NCBI RefSeq assembly: GCF_009914755.1
Contig: NC_060934.1
DNA length: 64,000 nt
Direction: 5' to 3' (one strand)
Source of the DNA: the human T2T-CHM13v2.0 reference genome, Homo sapiens
Shown here in pieces: positions 59,660-64,000 of this stretch (positions are counted from its first letter, which is position 1; each line of letters opens with the position of its first letter). Made by a program: the position numbers and the translations under genes. The notes under the pieces were generated by a model, which saw only the letters and a program-made list of their open reading frames with translations, made no database searches and was not told where the DNA came from.

Positions 59660-61008
59660 GAGATCTGCTGGCAAGATGGCTGAATAGGAACAGCTCCAGT
59701 CTGCAGTTCCCAGCAAGACCAACACAGAAGGCAGGTGATTTCTGCCTTTCCAACTGAGGTAGCCTGTTCATCGCAGACTGGTTAGGCAGTAGGTACAGCC
59801 CACAGAGGGTGAGCAGAAGCAGGGTGGGGTATCACCACACTGGGGAAGTGCAGGGAACAGGGTTTAGGGGGGCCTCCTTTTCCCAGACAAGGGAAGCCAT
59901 GAGGGACTGTGCTATCCAGCCCAGATACTATGCTTTTCCTAAGGTTTTTGCAATCCACAGACCAGGAAATTCCCTCACGTGTCTACATCACCAGGGCCCT
60001 GGGTTTGAAGCACAAAACTGGGTGGCTGTTTGGGCAGACACGAAGCTAGATGCAGGAGTTTTTTTTTTTTTTTTTTTTTGTACCTCAGTGGCACCTGGAA
60101 CCTCAGCGAGACAGAACCATTTACTCTCCCGGAAGGGGGGTTGAAGACAGAAAGCCAAGTGGTCTCACTCAGCGGGTCCCACTCCCACAGAGCTCAGCAA
60201 GCTAAGAACCACTGGCTTGAAATTCTCGCTGCCAGCCCAGCAGTCTGAAGCTGACCTAGGATGCTCGAGCTTGGTGGGGGGAGGGGCTTCTGCAATTACT
60301 GAGGCTTGAGTAGGCAGTTTTCCCCTGATAGTATTAAAAAGGCCTGGAAGTTCAGAATGGGCAGAACTCAACACAGTGCAGCAAAGCAGCTGTGGCCAGA
60401 CTCCTTCTCCAGATTCCTCTTCACTGAGCAGGACATCTCTGAAAGAAAGGCAGCAGCCCCAGCCAGGGACTTACAGATAAAACTCCCACCGCACAGGGAC
60501 AGAGGACCTGGGGGAAGGAGCAGCTGTGGGTGCAGTTTCAGGGACTTAAATGTTTCCGCCTGCCGGCTCTGAAGAGAACAGTGGATCCTGACAAGGAGGG
60601 TACTACCAGGACAGCACTCTAGCTCTGCTGAAGGACAGACTGCCTCCTGAAGTGGGTCCGTGACCCCTGTGCCTTCTGGCTGGGAGAGACCTCCCGAAAG
60701 GGGTTGACAGAAACCTCATACAGGAGCGCTGTGGCTGGCATCAGGCTGGTGCCCCTCTGGGACAAAGCTTCCAGAGGAAAAAGCAGGCAGCAATCTTTGC
60801 TGTTCTGCAGCCTCTGCTGGTAATACCCAGGCAGATAGGGTCTGGAGTGGACCTCCAGCAAACTACAGCAGACCTGCAGAAGAGGGGCCTGACTGTTAGA
60901 AGAAAAACTAACACAGAAAGCAATAACATCGATAAAAAGGACCCACACACAGAAACCCCATCCAAAGGCCATCAACCTCAAAGATCAAAGGTAGATAAAT
61001 CCACTAAT
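59660..61008 (+). promoter_or_regulatory. L1 internal promoter (5'UTR) with YY1-like site at 59672-59680; CpG-depleted
   Basis: CAAGATGGC motif at the canonical position; activity cannot be shown from sequence. Confidence 0.5.
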
Positions 61009-61825
61009 ATGAGGGAAAAACCAGTGCAAAAAGGCTGAAAATGCCAAGAACCAGAATACCTCTTCTCCAAATGATTGCAACTCCACTCCAGTAAAGGCAC
61101 AAAACTGGAAAGAGAATGAGTTTGACGAATTGACAGAAGTACGCTTCAGAAGGTGGGTATAACAGACTCCTCTGAGCTAAAGGAGCATGTTCTAACCCAA
61201 TGCAAGGAAGCTAAGAACCTTGAAAAAAGGTTAAAGGAAATGCCAACTGGAATAACCAGTTTAGAGAAGAACATAAATGACCTGATGGAGCTGAATAAAC
61301 ACAGCACGAAAACTTTGTGAAGCATACACAAGTATCAGTAGCCGAATTGATCAAGCGAAAGAAAGGATACCAGAGGTTAAAGATCAACTTACTGAAATGA
61401 GGCGGGAAGACAAGATTAGAGAAAAAAGATGGAAAAGGAACGCACAAAGCCTTCAAGAAATAGAGGACTTTTCTTGCAAAAAGACCCAAACTACGATTGA
61501 TTGGGGTCCCTGAAAGTGACGGGGAGAATAGAACCAAGTTGGAAAACACGCTTCAGGGTATATCCAGGAGAATTTCCCCAGCCTAGCAAGACAGGCCAAC
61601 ATTCAAATTCAGGAAATACAGAGAACACCACTAAGACACTCCTCTAGAAGAGCAATCCCAAGACACACGATTATCAGAATCTCCAAGGTCAAAATGAAGA
61701 AAAAAATGTTAAGGGCAGCCAGAGAGAAACATCAGATTACCTACAAAGGGAAGCCCATCAGACTAACAGCAGATCTCTCTGCAGAAACCCTGCAAGCCAG
61801 AAGAAAGTGGGGGCCAATATTCAAC
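59660..61825 (+). mobile_element. L1PA7/8-like LINE-1: complete 5'UTR and most of ORF1, 3' part absent
   Basis: caagatggctgaataggaacagctcc start; ORF1 ATG 61009; ORF1 peptide MLRAAREKHQITYKGKPIRLTADLSAETLQARRKWGPIFN. Confidence 0.93.
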
Positions 61826-62800
61826 TTTCTTTTTTTATTATTATTACTTTTTTATACTTTAATTTCTGGAATGCACGTGTAGAACATACAGCTTTGTTAC
61901 GTAGGTATACACGTGCCATGGTGGTTTGCTGCACCCATCAATCCATCATCTACATTAGGTATTTCTCCTAATGTTCTCCCTCCCCTTGCCCCCCACCCCC
62001 CGACAGACCCCAGTGTGTGATGTTTCCCTCCCTGTGCCCATATGTTCTCCTTGTTCAACTCCCACTTACGAGTGAGAACATGCAGTGTTTGGTTTTCTGT
62101 TCCTGTGTTAGTTTGCTGAGAATGATGGTTTCCAGCTTCATTCATGTCCCTGCAAAGGACATGAACTCATCATTTTTTATAGCTGCATAGTATTCCATGG
62201 TGTATACATGCCACATTTTCTTTATCCAGTCTATCATTGATGGACATTTGGGTTGATTCCAAGTCTTTGCTATTGTGAATAGTGCTGCAATAAACATACG
62301 TGTGCATGTGTCTTTATAGCAGAATAAATTGTAATCCTTTCAGTATATACCCAATAATGGGATTGCTGGGTCAAATGGTATTTCTGGTTCTAGATCCTTG
62401 AGGAATCACCACACTGTCTTCCACAATGGTGGACCTAATTTACATTCCCACCAACAGTGTAAAAGCGTTCCTATTTTTCTACATCCTCGCCAGCATCTGT
62501 TGTTTCCTGACTTTTTAATGATAGCCATTCTAACTGGTGTGAGATGGTATTATGGTTTTGACTTGCATTTCTCTAATGACCAGAGATGATAAGCTTTTTC
62601 TCATGTTTGTTGCCGCATAAATGTCTTTTTTTTTTTGGGGAAGTGTCTGTTCATATCCTTCACCTACTTTTTGATGGAGTTGTTTGTTTTTTTCTTGTAA
62701 ATTTTAGTTTCTTGTAGATTCTGGATATTAGCACTTTGTCAGGTAGATAAATTGCAAAATTTTTCTCCCATTCTGTAGGTTGCCTGTTCATTCTGATGAT
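61826..62800 (-). mobile_element. L1PA7-like 3' end (~1 kb), antisense, inserted in ORF1 of the preceding L1
   Basis: Poly-T/(TTA)n, then the L1PA7-type 3'UTR ('gtgccatggtggtttgctgcacccatcaa'); ends at 'ttctgatgat'. Confidence 0.93.
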
Positions 62801-62952
62801 CAGTGCACTTTTTGAACTTTATATATATATTTATGTCTAAATAGAAAAGGGAAAAAACAATATTGTTTGATATTAAGGAACATATAACAATGAATCTTGT
62901 GATAATAGTTGGTTTATTTACAGTAAGAATATTCATAAATATATTTGCTTTA

Positions 62953-63389
<437 letters not shown>

Positions 63390-63419
63390 TCATGTGTTTT
63401 TTAAGCTAATGTCAATCTT

Positions 63420-63729
<310 letters not shown>

Positions 63730-64000
63730 ACTAATGTCAATCTTACCGCAGGCTTTAGCTCATTTATTTCCAATCTTACATATCCCCCCCATCAATTTCC
63801 TCACTTATTATTTTTGACAATCAAAACTGCAGACACCAAGACTTGTTGTAGAGTTGGCTTCAGATGATGCAATTAATAACCTCTTAAATATTTTAAAAAG
63901 CTATAATTATTTATTGACTTCTTTCATGGAGTCTATTGAGTTTGTTTCTGTAGATAATTATTCTTTTGTTTAATGTTGGTGCTTCTCATTTCTGATCCTA

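Noticed and set aside
59660-62800. Single twin-primed (5'-inverted) L1
   Set aside because: The poly-T lies internally at the junction with the sense piece; twin priming would leave the tail at the outer edge beside a TSD

Overview
Repeat-dense primate genomic DNA, very probably human because it carries an AluYb8. It looks intergenic or deep intronic, and I see no intact protein-coding or structural RNA gene. The ORFs I can assign derive from Alu, L1, LTR or pseudogene sequence; the rest match nothing I recognise. The only gene-derived feature is a disabled processed pseudogene of prohibitin-2 (PHB2, about 57932-59297). It sits in a nested retroelement stack: an old primate L1 5' end received the PHB2 retrocopy and an L1PA7/8, and that L1PA7/8 received an antisense L1PA7. 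The stack ends abruptly at 62800 without the expected target-site duplications (TSDs), which suggests an L1-insertion-associated deletion. Other notable structures are a near-perfect 172-bp tandem duplication with 3-bp microhomology (29245-29593), two ~31-bp dispersed doublets (1283/4760 and 35084/46106), a young AluYb8 forming a close inverted Alu pair, and many solo LTRs with readable TSDs. I found no evidence of a new multi-gene biological system; the findings concern genome-rearrangement history. Repeat subfamily names come from my recall of consensus sequences, not from a search, and boundaries of old repeats are approximate.
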